61,361 nucleotides of DNA from Chiloscyllium plagiosum. Taxonomy: Eukaryota. The stretch is taken from positions 31,343 through 92,703 of the forward strand of contig NC_057718.1 in assembly GCF_004010195.1 (NCBI RefSeq), given 5' to 3'. Made by a program: the position numbers and the translations under genes. Below are positions 35,201 through 47,708 of this stretch, one piece after another (positions within the stretch are counted from its first letter, which is position 1; the number at the start of each line of letters is the position of its first letter). The notes beneath the pieces are model-generated. The model saw only the letters and a program-made list of their open reading frames with translations. It was not told where the DNA came from and made no database searches.

Positions 35201-37740
35201 CCTATCTAAAGTCCTCGAACAATGAATGGAAGAGCCTTGGGAAAAGTTTTTGGGCAGAGAGATCTGGGAGTGCAGGTCCATTGTACCCTGAAGGTTGCTG
35301 CACAGGTGGATAGAGTGGTCAAGAAGGCATATAGTATGCTTGCCTTCATTGGACAGGGTATTGAGTATAAGAGCTGGCAAGCCATGTTAAAATTGTACAA
35401 GACATTGGTTCGGCTGCATTTAGAATATTGTGTACAGTTCTGGTCACCACATTACCAAAAGGATGTGGACATTTGGAGAGGGTCCAGAGAAGGTTTACGA
35501 GGATGTTACCTGGTATGGAAGGTGCTAGCTATGAAGAGAGGTTGAGTAGGTTAGGTTTGTTTACATTAGGAAAAAGGAGATTGAGGGGGGACCAGATTGA
35601 GGTTTACAAAATCATGAAGGTTATAGACAGAGTGGATAGAGACAATCTTTTTCCCAGGGTGAAGGATTCAATAATGAGAGGTCATGCTTTCAAGGTGAGA
35701 GGTGGAAAGTTTAAGGGGGATGCACATGGCAAGTACTTCACACAGGGTGGTGGGTGTCTGGAATGCGTTGCCAGCAGAGGTGGTAGAGGCAGGCACGGTA
35801 GATTCATTTAAATTGCATCGGGACAGATGCACGAGTCGGTGGGGAGCAGAAGGATACAAAAGATTAGGAATTGACTGACAAGTTTAGACAGTACATTTGG
35901 ATCAGCTCAGGCTTGGAGGGCCGAAGGGCCTGTTCCTGGGCTGTAAATTTTCTTTGTTCTTAGTTTGTTCTTTGTTTATAGCATTTCCAGTCAATATTTG
36001 GAAAGTTAAAGTCCCCCTTAACAACTACCCTGTCACTCATGCTCCTATCGAGAATTATCTTTGCTATCCTTTCTTCTACATCTCTGGAACTATTCGGAGG
36101 TCTATAAAAAACTCCCAACTCCAGCCCATGCTCCTAACTCCAGCCCATGCTACCTCAGAAGACGAGTCCTCAAACGTCCTTTCTGCCACAGTAATACTGT
36201 CCTTGTCTAACAATGCCACACTTCCTCCTCTTTTACCATCTTCCCTATTCTTACTGAAACTTTTAAACCCTGGAACGTACAACAACCATTCCTGTCCCCG
36301 CTCTATCCATGTCTCCGAAATGGCCACATCATCCAAGTCCCAGGTACCAACCCATGCTACACGTTCACCCACCTTATTCCGGATGCCCCTGATGTTGAAG
36401 TAGACACTCTTCAAACCAGCTTCCTGCTTGCCAGTGAACTCTTGTGACTTTGAAACCATATTTCTGACCTCACTACTCTCAACCTCCTGGATGCTGGAAC
36501 TACAATTTAGGTTTCCACTCCCCTGTTGAATCAGTTTAACCCTCCTGATCAGCATTAGGAAATTTCCCCCTCCAGGATATTGCTAACCCTATGGTTCAGG
36601 TGTAGACCAACCTGTTTGTAGAGGTTCCACCTCCCTAGAATGAGTCCCAATTATTCAGGTACCTGAAACCCTCCCTCCTGCATCATCCCTGAAGCCACAT
36701 GTTCAACTCCTCTCTCTCCCTTTTCCTCACCTCACTAGCACATGACATGGGCAACAAACCAGAAAAAACAACTTTTTGTTCTAGCACTAAGATTCTACTC
36801 TAGCTCCCTGAATATCTGCCTTAAATCCCCAACTCTCTTCCTATCTATATTGTTGGTGCCTATGTGGACCACGACCTGGGACTACTCCCCCTCCCCCTCA
36901 AGGATCCCGAAAACACGTTCAGAAGCATCACAAACCCTGGCACCTGGGAGGAAACACACGAATCATGAATCTCTTTCGTTCCCACAGAACCTCCTATCTG
37001 CCCCCTTAACTATGGAGCCCCCAATGACTAATGCGCTGCTCCTCTTCCCCCTTCCCTTCTAAGCAACAGGGACAGATTCTGCACCAGAGACCTGTACCCC
37101 ATGGCTTACCCCTAGTAAGAAACCCCCCCTCCACAACAGCACTCAAACAATATACTTATTATTGAGGGGAATGGCCACAGGGGCTCCCTGCACTGCCTGC
37201 TTGTTCCTTTTCCATTCCCTGACTGTAACCCATTTGGCTCTTTCTTGCACCTGAGGTGTAAACTACCATCCTGTAACTCCTCTCAATAACCCCCTCCACC
37301 TCATGAATGATCCGAAATCCATTGAGCTCCAGCTCCAGTTCCTTAATGCAGTTTTCGAGGAGCTGAAGTTGGGTGCACATTCCGCAGATGAAGTCAGCAG
37401 GGTGACTAGTAGTGACCCTTACCTCCCACATTCTGCAGGTGGAACACTCAACTGCCCTAACAGCCATTCCTACTATTCTAAATTGCCAAAGAGACTGTAG
37501 AAAAATAAAGAATACAAACCTTTTTTTGGTTAGAGGGGGAGGAGGATGGACGGGAGACACCATCTCAGTAGTATTTCAGGGAATGCAACCGCCCAAAATA
37601 AATTACTTAATTTGATCAGCATCCCATGTCCGCTCCTGCTCAGCGTGTACTCCACCAAATCATGTGGTAAGTTTTTAAATCAGTGATTCACATATCTGTC
37701 AGCCCCCCAGTCAATGCTCCCGCTTTTCCTGCTGCTGAAA
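32221..37740 (-). mobile_element. Near full-length decayed CR1 (5'UTR, ORF1, EN, RT, 3'UTR) with four nested insertions
   Basis: ORF1 MAVRAVECSTC...(37467-36530), EN (FNIRGIRNK, AISETW, GGSVALL), RT motifs. Nested: HE1 ~32643-32920, fold-back PLE 33848-34048, CR1 3' ends 34095-34293 (TSD aaagat) and ~35222-35975. Confidence 0.88.
33848..34048. mobile_element. Fold-back PLE-derived element with an intact hammerhead core
   Basis: TSD atttactatc at 33838-33847 and 34049-34058; palindrome catcaggaataaaggcctttattcctgatg; CTGATGA-A-GGGC-TTTT-GCCC-GAAAC-GTC at 33951-33978. Confidence 0.88.
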
Positions 37741-38122
37741 CAAAAAAAATCATCCATCATTGATATCATGACCATCCTCTTTCAGAATAATTCCCTGAAG
37801 CTACTTTGTGAAACCCTTGTCCATCGTACTAGTGAGGCAACAAACCATGCTGGCGTCACACTGATATCCACGGAAAGGCCTACATGGTCCCTTCATTTTC
37901 TTGGTCACCAGTCACATGGGCAAATACTTATGGAAAGTTCAATTAGATACCACTGAGATAGACTTGGAATCAATGAGTGTGATGGAAGGCACTGACAACA
38001 TCAAAGACAGAAACACCATCACAAAAATGCAAACAATGCATTTTTATTGATGGTCTCCAATTTTTATCGTACATTATTACTTACAAAAAGATTCCCAACT
38101 TGTTGAGAAAATGGTGACAGAA

Positions 38123-38733
38123 TGTTATGATCTATTCCAGGCCTCTCAAAACATTTTTCAGCAGGTAGCCCAGGCCATAATTCTGCTTTTTGTTTTCCAA
38201 GGTGTATAGTGGATATTCCTGGAGTAAATTAGTTGGGTCGACTGCCAAGTTTTAAACAAACAAAAATTGTTTTCAAAATTATGGAATGAAACACAAAGAA
38301 CAGAAACAGAATACTGGATAACTTATGCTATCCAAACCTGATTTAATGATGCTGAACCTAAAATACTTGCAACAATCCCAATGCACACATGATCTTCACA
38401 CAAACAGGAAACAATGGCACAGGCAACTTAGTTTGAAATTGTAAGGGCAGAAGGACAGAGAGAAGGCTTCCAGTCTTGCTTATGACTCTTGCTCAACTCA
38501 CTCTTGAACTGAATTGAACTATAAGCCAGAGAGCTGGCCATGCTCCCTTGATTTTACCAGTTTTTTCAAAAGATCTTTCAAGCTTTTGGCCTAAAGCACT
38601 ATCTGTTAAGGGAAACAGCAAGGGCCCTACAAGCCATTCCAACTTCAAATACAATGGACCTTGGCCAATTACCCTCCTCTTCAAAAAAATGCTCAACAGC
38701 AAAGTAACCTTGTCCCACACCAGCATTGTGACA
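38123..38733. mobile_element. Probable solo LTR
   Basis: TGTTAT...GTGACA termini; flanks cagaa/cagag; weak similarity to the reverse complement of 47109-47708. Confidence 0.55.
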
Positions 38734-39499
38734 CAGAGGGAACATTTTCAATAAACATTGAGAGAGCAGTTAGGAATATTGTTTGAAATGACATATTCCA
38801 AACCCTTTTTAAAGTGATACAAAAATGCAAAGCAATTACAAATTGAATTATTTTAAAATCTTCTTTTATAAATAGAAGAGACGTTATGCCCCATATGGTG
38901 TTAATGAATCTATACACAGGAATAAATTGCACAATAAATATGCATGTCACAATGATCTTGAAATATTCTTTCTATTTTTCTGTTTTAACTCGTTAGAAGA
39001 CATAGAAATATTCAAATTTAGAAAACAGAAATATTAAGAATATAGCTAATTCAATCCAATGTGTATCCACAGGTAAACTCAATGAAGTCTATATTGAGAA
39101 AAAAATGGCACTCGCCTTTTTGGAGTAGCTGGAAATGATAGTGGATGAATTCTTGCAATATTATCTACAAATCTACTTCAGGACATCATATCTTGAAACA
39201 AATTTCATCGCCTACCTGAAATGAAGATGAAAACATTGCATACCACCTTTGACTCTATCACTTGAACTTCTCAGTCCTCACTTGATGCTCTCATTTCAGA
39301 GAATGGGGAGAAAGAGCAAGCCTGCTACACTAATATTCGATCAGTAAAGTGTCATGCATCAAAGGAGAAATTGAAGTGTTTCTCTATCTTTTTGCTCAGC
39401 TGGATGTAAAGGACAGCCCAGAGCCTATCTTGAAAAGTAGTAGAGGAGTGGGTGTCCAGAGATCCTTTGGCAAGCATTTATCCTTTGGCAACCTCACAA

Positions 39500-42400
39500 A
39501 ATGCTGAACAGCCAAGTTTCTGGGATTGAGGGTTCTTCTAATGAAATGAGGTGCACCTTGGGTTCCAAGCGATCAATTGTGATAGGGGGCTCTCTAGTCA
39601 TAAACACAGACAGATGTTTCTGCAGCCAACAGTGAAAAATCAGAATGGTGTGTTGCCTCCCTGGAGCCAGGATCAAGGATATCTTAGAGAGCATGCAGAA
39701 TGTTCTCAAAAAAGAAGGGAACCAGCAAGAGATCATTGCACACATTGGAACAAATGACATAGGAAGGGAAAAGGATGGGATTCTGAAGGGAGAATATAGA
39801 AAATTAGGCAGGAATTTAAAAAGGAAGTCCTCCAGGGTAGTAATATCTGGATTACTCTCAGTGTTACCAGCTAGTGAGGATAGTAATAGGAGGATAGAGC
39901 TGATGAATGTGTGACTGAGGAGCTGATGCAGGTGAGAAAGATTCACATTTTCAGATCATTGGAATCTCTTTGGGGTAAATGTGACATTTACGAGAAGGAC
40001 GGATTGCATCTAAATTGGAAGGGGATTAATATACTGGCAAGGAGATTTGCTAGAGCTGCTTAGGAGGATTTAAATGAGTAAGGTGGGACGCAGGGAGATA
40101 GTGAGGAAGGAGATCAATTTGAAACGGGTATAGTTGGAGCAAGTCAACAGTCAGGGCAGGTAGGGACAAAGCAGAGAACAAGGTAGGACTAATAAATTAA
40201 ACTGCACTTATTTCAATGCAAGAGGCATAACAGGAAAGGCAGATGAACTCAGGGAATGGTTAGGAACATGGGACTGAGATCTCATTGCAATCACAGAAAT
40301 GTGGCTCTGGGATGGACAGGACTGGCAGCTTAATGTTCCAGTATACAAATGCGACAGGAAGGATAGAAAGGGAGGCAAGAGAGAAGGCGGTGTGGCATTT
40401 TTGATAAGGGATAGCATTACAGCTGTGCTGAGGGAGGATATTCCTGGAAATACATCCAGGGAAGTTATTTGAGTGGAACTGAGAAATAAGAAAGGGATGA
40501 TAACCTGATTGGGATTGTATTATACACCCCTAATGTTCAGCAGGAAATTGCGAAACAAATTTATAAGGAGATTTCAGTTATCTGTAAGAACGGTAGGGTG
40601 GTTATGGTAGGGGATTTTAACTTTCCAAACATAGACTGGGACTGCCATGGTATTAAGGGTTTAGAACATAGAACATAGAACATAGAAGAATACAGCGCAG
40701 TACAGGCCCTTGGGCCCTCGATGTTGCGCCGATCCAAGCCCACCTAAACTACACTAACCCACTATCCTCCATATACCTATCCAATGCCCTCTTAAATGCC
40801 CATAAAGAGGGAGAGTCCACCACTGTTACTGGCAGGGCATTCCATGAACTAACGACTCGCTGAGTGAAGAACCTACCCCTAACATCAGTCCTATATCTAC
40901 CCCCCCTTAATTTAAAGCTATGCCCCCTTGTAATACCCGACTCAATACGCGGGAAAAGGTTCATACTGTCGACCCTATCTAACCCCCTAATCATCTTGTA
41001 CACCTCAATCAAGTCACCCCTAAACCTTCTTTTCTCGAGGGAAAACAGCCCCAAGTGCCTCAGTCTTTCCTCATACGATTTTCCTTCCATACCAGGCAAC
41101 ATCCTGGTAAACCTCCTCTGCACCCGTTCCAATGCCTCCACATCCTTCCTATAGTATGGCGACCAAAACTGCACACAATATTCCAGATGCGGCCGTACCA
41201 GAGTCTTATACAACTGCATCATGACCTCAGGACTCCGGAACTCAATTCCTCTACCAGGATGGAGAGGTTTAGATGGAGAGGAATTAGTTAAATGTGTACA
41301 AGACAATTTTCTGATTTATTATGTGGATGTACCTACTAGAGAAGGTGCAAAACTTGACCTACTCTTGGGAAATAAGGCAGGGCAGGTGACCAAGATGTCA
41401 GTGGGGTAACACTTTGGGGCCAGCGATCATAATTCTATTAGTTTTATAGTAGTGATGGAAAAGCATAGATCAGATCTAAATGTTAAAGTTCTAAATTGGA
41501 GAAAAGCTAATTTTGATGGTATTAGGCAAGAACTTCCAAAAAGCTGATTGAGGGCAGATGTTCGCAGGTACAGGGACAGCTGGAAAATGGGAAGCCATCA
41601 GAAATGAGATAACGAGAGTTCAGTATATTCCCGTTAAGGTGAAAGGAAAGGCTGGTGGGTGTAGGAAAAGCTGGATGACTACAGAAATTGAGATTTAGGT
41701 TAAGAGAAAAAAGGAATCATACATCAGGTACAGACAGGAGCGATTGTGTGAATCCTTAGAGGAGTATAAAAGCAATAGGAGTATACTTAAGAGGGAAATC
41801 GGGAGGGCAAAAAAGGACATAAGATAGCTTTGGCAAATAGGGTTAAGGAGAATCCAAAGAGATTTTATAAATAGATTAAGGACAAAAGAGTAACTAGGCA
41901 GAGAATAGGACCCCTCAAAGATCAGCAAGGCAGCCCATGTGTCGAGCTGCAGGAGATGGGGGAGATACTAAACGAGTATTTTGCATCAGTGTTTACTGTG
42001 GAGAAAGACATGGAAGACGTAAAATGTGGGGAAGTAGATGGTGACATCTTGAAAAGTGTCCATATTAAAGAGGAGGAGGTGCTGGATGTCTTGAAATGCA
42101 CAAAAGTGAATAAATCCCCAGGACCTGATCAGATGCACCCTAGACTCTGTGTGAAGCTAGGGACATGATTGCCTTTTCTGAGATACCATTGATAGTCACA
42201 GGTGAGGTGTCAGAAGACTGGAGGTTGGCTAACGTGGTACCACTATTTAAGAAGGTGGTGGGGAACATCAGGGAACTGTAGACCGGTGAGCCTAACATTG
42301 GTGATGGGCAAATTGTAGGAGGGAATCCTAAGGGATAGCATATACATGTGTTTGGAAAGGCAAGTGCTTATTAGGGACGGTCAGCATGGTTTTTTGTTTT

Positions 42401-42570
42401 GGAAAATTGGAAGTATAGTGGACAGCAAAGAAAGTTACCGTAGAGTACAATGGGATCATGATCAGATGGGCCAATGAGCTGAGGAGTGGCAGATAGAGTT
42501 TAATTTAGTTAAATGCAAGATGCCGCATTTTGGAAAAGCAAATCAGAGCAGGACTTATACACTTAATGAG
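39500..42570 (+). mobile_element. Decayed CR1 (ORF1 esterase, EN, partial RT with deletions)
   Basis: CCLPGARIKD, HIGTNDIG, DGLHLN, YFNARGI, AITEMW, GDFNFP, KSPGPD. Confidence 0.9.
40661..41257 (-). mobile_element. Young CR1 3' fragment nested in the EN domain of an older CR1
   Basis: Open frame to the ORF2 stop; (TAGAACA)3 tail; ggtttaga duplicated at 40658-40665 and 41266-41273. Confidence 0.92.
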
Positions 42571-42890
42571 GGATGGTCTGCCTGGGGGTGTGATTATATT
42601 GTGTGTATGTGTGTATATCGTGCAGTGGGATCACTATAGTGTGTCATGATCCCAAGGTCACAGTTGAGGATATTCCCATGGTTACCAAACTTTACTTTCA
42701 GCTTCTGCTCAGCTACTCTGCCTTGCTGCTTGACCAGAAGTCCGCCTTGGAGGATGGTCACCTGATTGTCCCGGATTGCTGAAGTGTTCCCCGACTGGGA
42801 GGGAACACTCCTGCCTGGCGATCGTTGTGTGGTGTCCATTCATCCATATCGAAGCGTTTGCTCAGTCTCGCCAATGTACCATGACTCAGG
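42570..42890 (-). mobile_element. Penelope-like GIY-YIG C-terminal fragment (second family)
   Basis: VTILQGGL...RVAEQKLKVKFGNHGNILNCDLGIMTHY. Confidence 0.75.
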
Positions 42891-43929
42891 GATGGGACTC
42901 TTATGTTTGGGATGCATGTGCTTTGCATGTAATTGTTTCCAGCATTTGTTTGAAATGTCTAACACTTTCCCAATGACCATAAAGAACTACAATTGTTAAA
43001 TTGTTTTGGTGTTGAAACCTGAGCTTGATTATTTTTCAGTAGAAGCAATTTGTGACCCCTTGTAATAACAGATTTGTCATCCTGTAATGTCAACCTTGGA
43101 GAAGATAGTGTCAGCCTTTGAAAGACTTGGAAAAATCTAGTGGAGGAATGCTGTCTATTTTTAAAATTTTTTTTTAAAAGTTGCAATTGTCTTGAAATTA
43201 AAATCCCTCCCTATTAAATGATTCTTTCCAATTGACAGTTTTTGATGTAAAGCTCTTTTATAACAAAGAACATTAAACACAGGTACAGGCTGCTCGTTCC
43301 ACCAGAACTGTGCCAACACATGATGCCTTTTTAAAGAAAAATGTTTTGCATCTATGTGACTTGTATCCCCTCTTCCCTGCTGAATCATACAAGACTGCAA
43401 TATATAGGAGTTAAGAGTGTGGTGCTGGAAAAGCACAGCAGGTCAGGTAGCATCCAAGAAGTAGGAGGATTGATGTTTCGGGCACAAGGATATAGGAGCA
43501 GAGTTTGGCCATTTAGATCATTGAGTCTGCTCTGCCATTAGCTGATACTTTTCACAAGTCCATTTTCCTAAATCTTCCACATAACCCTTGATTCCATTAC
43601 CAGTCAAGAGCTTATCTATCTCTGTCTTAAATATACTCAATCTCTCAGCCTTCACAGCCCTCTGCGGCAATGAATTCCATAAATTAACTGAATGCTGGCT
43701 GAAGGCATTTCTCCATCTATCAGTTCTAAACAGTCGCCCCTTCACTCAGAGGCAATGCATTCTTGCCTTGTCTCACCTGCTATTGGAAACATCTACTCCA
43801 TATCCTTTCTATCCAGGACTCTCAACATTCTCTACGTTTCAATTAGATCATCCATCCTTCTTCTAAACTGAATCAAGTACAGACGAAGAGTATTGGCTCT
43901 GCATATGATAAGCCCTTCATCCCCGAGGA

Positions 43930-45790
43930 TTACAGGCTTGCAGGAAAGGAGCTCAGAAATGGACTGAGGAGAGTCACGAGGGGCACAAAAAAGGCTTGGC
44001 AGGAAGAATTAGAGAGAACCCAAAGGCATTTTATTCATATGTAAGGAATAAGAGAATGATCAGGGAGAAGGTAGGGCCGGTCAGGAATAGTGGAGGGAAC
44101 TTGTGCGTGGAGTCAGAGCAGATAGGGGAAGCCCTAAATGAGTTTTTTGCTTTGGTTTTCACCAAGGAAAGGGACCTTGTTGTGAATGAAAACTTTGAGG
44201 AACTGGGAAACAGGCTTGAACAGATGAAGATTGATGAAGTTGATGTGCTGGAAAGTTTGGCAAACATTAAGATTGATAAGTCCCCAGGGCCAGCTCAGAG
44301 AAAGGAGATCGCTAAGCTGCTGGTGAAGATCTTTGTCTCCTCACTCTCCACGGGAGTCGTACTGGAGGATTAGAGGGAGGCGAATGTTGATCCTCTTTTC
44401 AAGAAGGGGAATAGGGAAATCCCTGGCAATTACAGACCAGTCAGCCTTATGTCTGTGGTCAGCAAGGTTTTGGAAAGAATTCTGAGGAATAGGATTTATG
44501 ACTAATTGGAAAAGCATAGCAAGATTAAAGACAGTCAGCATGGCTTTGTGAGGGGCAGGTCATGCCTCACAAATCTTATTGAGTTCTTTGAGGAGGTGAC
44601 GAGGCAGGTCGAGCAGTGGATGTGGTGTATATGGACTTCAGCAAGGCATTTGATAGGGTTCCCCATGGTAAGCTCATTCATAAAGTCAGGAGATATGGGA
44701 TACAGGGAGATTTGGCTGTCTGGATTCAGAATTGGCTGGCTGACAGAAGGCAGAGAGTGGTTGTAGATGGAAAGTATTCTGCCTGGAGGTTAGTGTTGAG
44801 TGATGTCCCACAGGGCTGTTTTTGAGCCTTTGTCCTTTGTAGTTTTTATAAATGACTTGGATGAGGAGGTTGAGGAGTGGGTTAGTAAATTTGCCGATGA
44901 CATAGAGGCTGGAGGTGCCATTGATAGTATCGAGGGTTTTGCAGGCTGCAGCGCAACATAGACAGGATACAGAGCTGGGCTGAGAAATGGCAGATGGCGT
45001 TTAACCTGGATAAATGCGAAGTGATGCATTCTGGAAGGTCGAACTTGAATGCTGAATATAGGATTAAAGACAGGATTCTTGGCAGTGTGTAGGAACAGTG
45101 GGATCTTGGTGTTCAAGTGCATATATCCCTCAAAGTTGCCACCCAAGTGGATAGGGTTGTTAAGAAAGCATATAGTGTTTTGGCTTACATTAACAGGGGG
45201 ATCGAGTTTAAGAGCTGTGAGGTTTTGCTGCAGCTCTACAAGTCCCTGGTGAGACACACTTGGAATATTGAGTCCAGTTCTGGTCACCATATTATAGGAA
45301 AGATACGGAAGCTTTGGAGAGGGTGCAAAGAAGGTTTACCAGGATGCTGCCTGGACTGGAGGGGTTATTTTATGAAGAGAGGTTGACTAAACTCGGGTTT
45401 TTCTCTATGGCGAGAAGGAGGAAGAGAGGTGACCTGATTGAGGTATACAAGGTAATGAGAGGTATGGATAGAGTCAATAGCCAGAGACTTTTCTCCAGGG
45501 CAGGATTGACTGGCACGAGGGGTCATAGTTTTAAGATATTAGGAGGAAGGTATAGAGGAGACGTCACAGATAGGTTCTTTACGCAGAGAGTTGTGAATGC
45601 GTGGAATGCGTTGCCAGCAGTGGGGAAGCAGAGTCATTAGGGATTTTTAAGTGACTGCTGGACATGCACATGGACAGCAGTAAATTTAGGGGTGCATTGG
45701 TTAGGTTATTTTATTTTAGATTAGGAATAGTCTTCGGCACAACATCATGGGCCAAAGGGCCTGTTCTGTGCTGTACTTTTCTATGTTCTA
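43930..45790 (+). mobile_element. Decayed CR1 ORF2 and 3'UTR, same subfamily as 1450-3768
   Basis: RENPKAFYSY, SQHGFVRGRSCLTNL, YMDFSKAFD, ERVQRRF; ttctatgttcta tail. Confidence 0.92.
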
Positions 45791-47108
45791 TTCTTTTCAA
45801 TCTCTTTGGGATCCCCATCAACACTAACATTCTTACATCTTTCCGAGGCCCAAAACTGCTCACAATATTTAAAATGTGTTCTGATTAAATGTGTATATAA
45901 CTTCAGCATTACATCCCTGCTCTTGATTTCTAACCTCCTGAAATGAATGCTCACATTTTACTTGCCTTCTGAACTGCCAACTAAACATTCATGTTACCCA
46001 TAAGCAAGTCCTAACCCAGGAAAATTCCCTTTTTGCTTTATATTTCCAAAGCCGTTCCCCATTTAGTAAATAGTCTGTGCCTTTCTTCTTTGCAACAAAG
46101 TAAATAACCATGCACTTTAACACATTATATCCCATCTACCATTTCTCTGCCAAGTCTTAGAGCCTGTATAATCCTTCTAGAGTCATAGAGATGTACTGCA
46201 GGGAAACCAACCCTTCGGTCCAACTTATCCATGCCGACCTGATTTCCTAAATTAATCTAGTCCAATTTGGCAGCATTTTTCCCATATCCCTCTGAACCCT
46301 TCCTATTCCTATATCTTTCCAGGTGTCTTTTGAATGTTGTTATTATCCAAGGCTCCACCACATCGTCTGGTAGCTCATTCCATACACATACCAAGCCTGC
46401 ATGAAAAAGTTGCCTCTTTGGTTCGTTTTAAATCTTTCCTCTCTCACCCTGAACCTATGCTTTCTAGTTCTGGATTCCCCCACCCTGGGAAGTAGACCCT
46501 GTCTATTTACCCTATCCATGCCTCTCATGATTTTATAAATCTCTATGAAGTCACCTCTCAGCCTCCGATGTTCCAGGGAAAACAGCCCCAGCTTGTTCAG
46601 CCTCTCCCTATAGCTCAAATCCTCTAATCCTGGCAATATCCTTGTAAATCTTTTCTGAACCCTTTCAAGTTTCACAACATCCTTCCAAAAGGACGCAGAG
46701 CAGACTTGCACACAATATTCCAAAAGTGCTCTAACCAATCTCCTGTTGAGCCTTCCTGCAGTTTTCTTGCTTCCTCTGCACGGCATATCCCTCCACCTAT
46801 GTTGTGTCACGTGCAAACTGATCAACAGTGCCCTCAGTTCCTTCGTTCAGATCGTTAATACTTCATGTGAATAGTTGTGGTCCCAACAATGACCCCTGCA
46901 GAGCTCCTCTGGTCATCAGCTGCCAACCCGAAAAATACCATTTTGTCTATCTTTTCGGCCTTCTGCCTGTCAGCCAGCCCTCTATGCATGCCCGTGCCAT
47001 TCCCCTTACAGATTGGACACTTACCTTATTTATCAGCCTTCTGTGCTGCTGCATCTTCCGGAAATCCAAATGGATGATGTCCTTTGTTTTACTTGCTTGT
47101 ATGTGTGC

Positions 47109-47708
47109 TGTGATAATTCTATGGTTTCAAATGGTGAATTTTGACCTTTTTATGAAGAAAGCATGACACAGGTCTGCTCAAAGCCAACAGAGTAAACAGC
47201 TTGTGAGGCTTTGGGTTCTTCTAAAAATTGGAAATACAGAAGCAGCCAGAATGGGATGGTTCATACACCCACAGATGCCGGATTTTTGTTTTGGCTTTCT
47301 GCAGTTGCTGGGGTTTTGGAGCTGGACATGAAAGCATTTATTCCTTTCACGTTACAGCTAAAAACCAATGTTCTCTTCCTGCTTTGAGAATTGCAGGTGT
47401 AACATCTATTTTATTGAATTTGCCTTTGGCAAAGGTGTGTTTATGGGGTGTTACGATGTTGGAATAGTTATTTAGTCATAATAAAATAATATAAATATAT
47501 ATTAGCTAAGCATTTCGGTACAGTTATTTTTGTCTTTATCTTAACTGTAGTGTGAAAATAACATGTTTTTCTTCTTAAAGTCGAGTAGTTTGATCAATCA
47601 AATTGGAACTGGAATGGAGTGTCATACATGTACCTTCAAAATAAGAAAAATCTAGGTCTAGATTATCTTCTTAATACTTTGTGAGTGGGTTTGGCTTGGT
47701 TCATGGCA
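47109..47708. mobile_element. Solo LTR (600 bp), probably Gypsy-type
   Basis: TG...CA termini with a 4 bp TSD gtgc (47105-47108 and 47709-47712); internal AATAAA; interrupts an old CR1. Confidence 0.72.

Noticed and set aside
39073..39430. Possible exon after an AG (KLNEVYIEKKMALAF...)
   Set aside because: Stops in all frames read and no recognisable motif.
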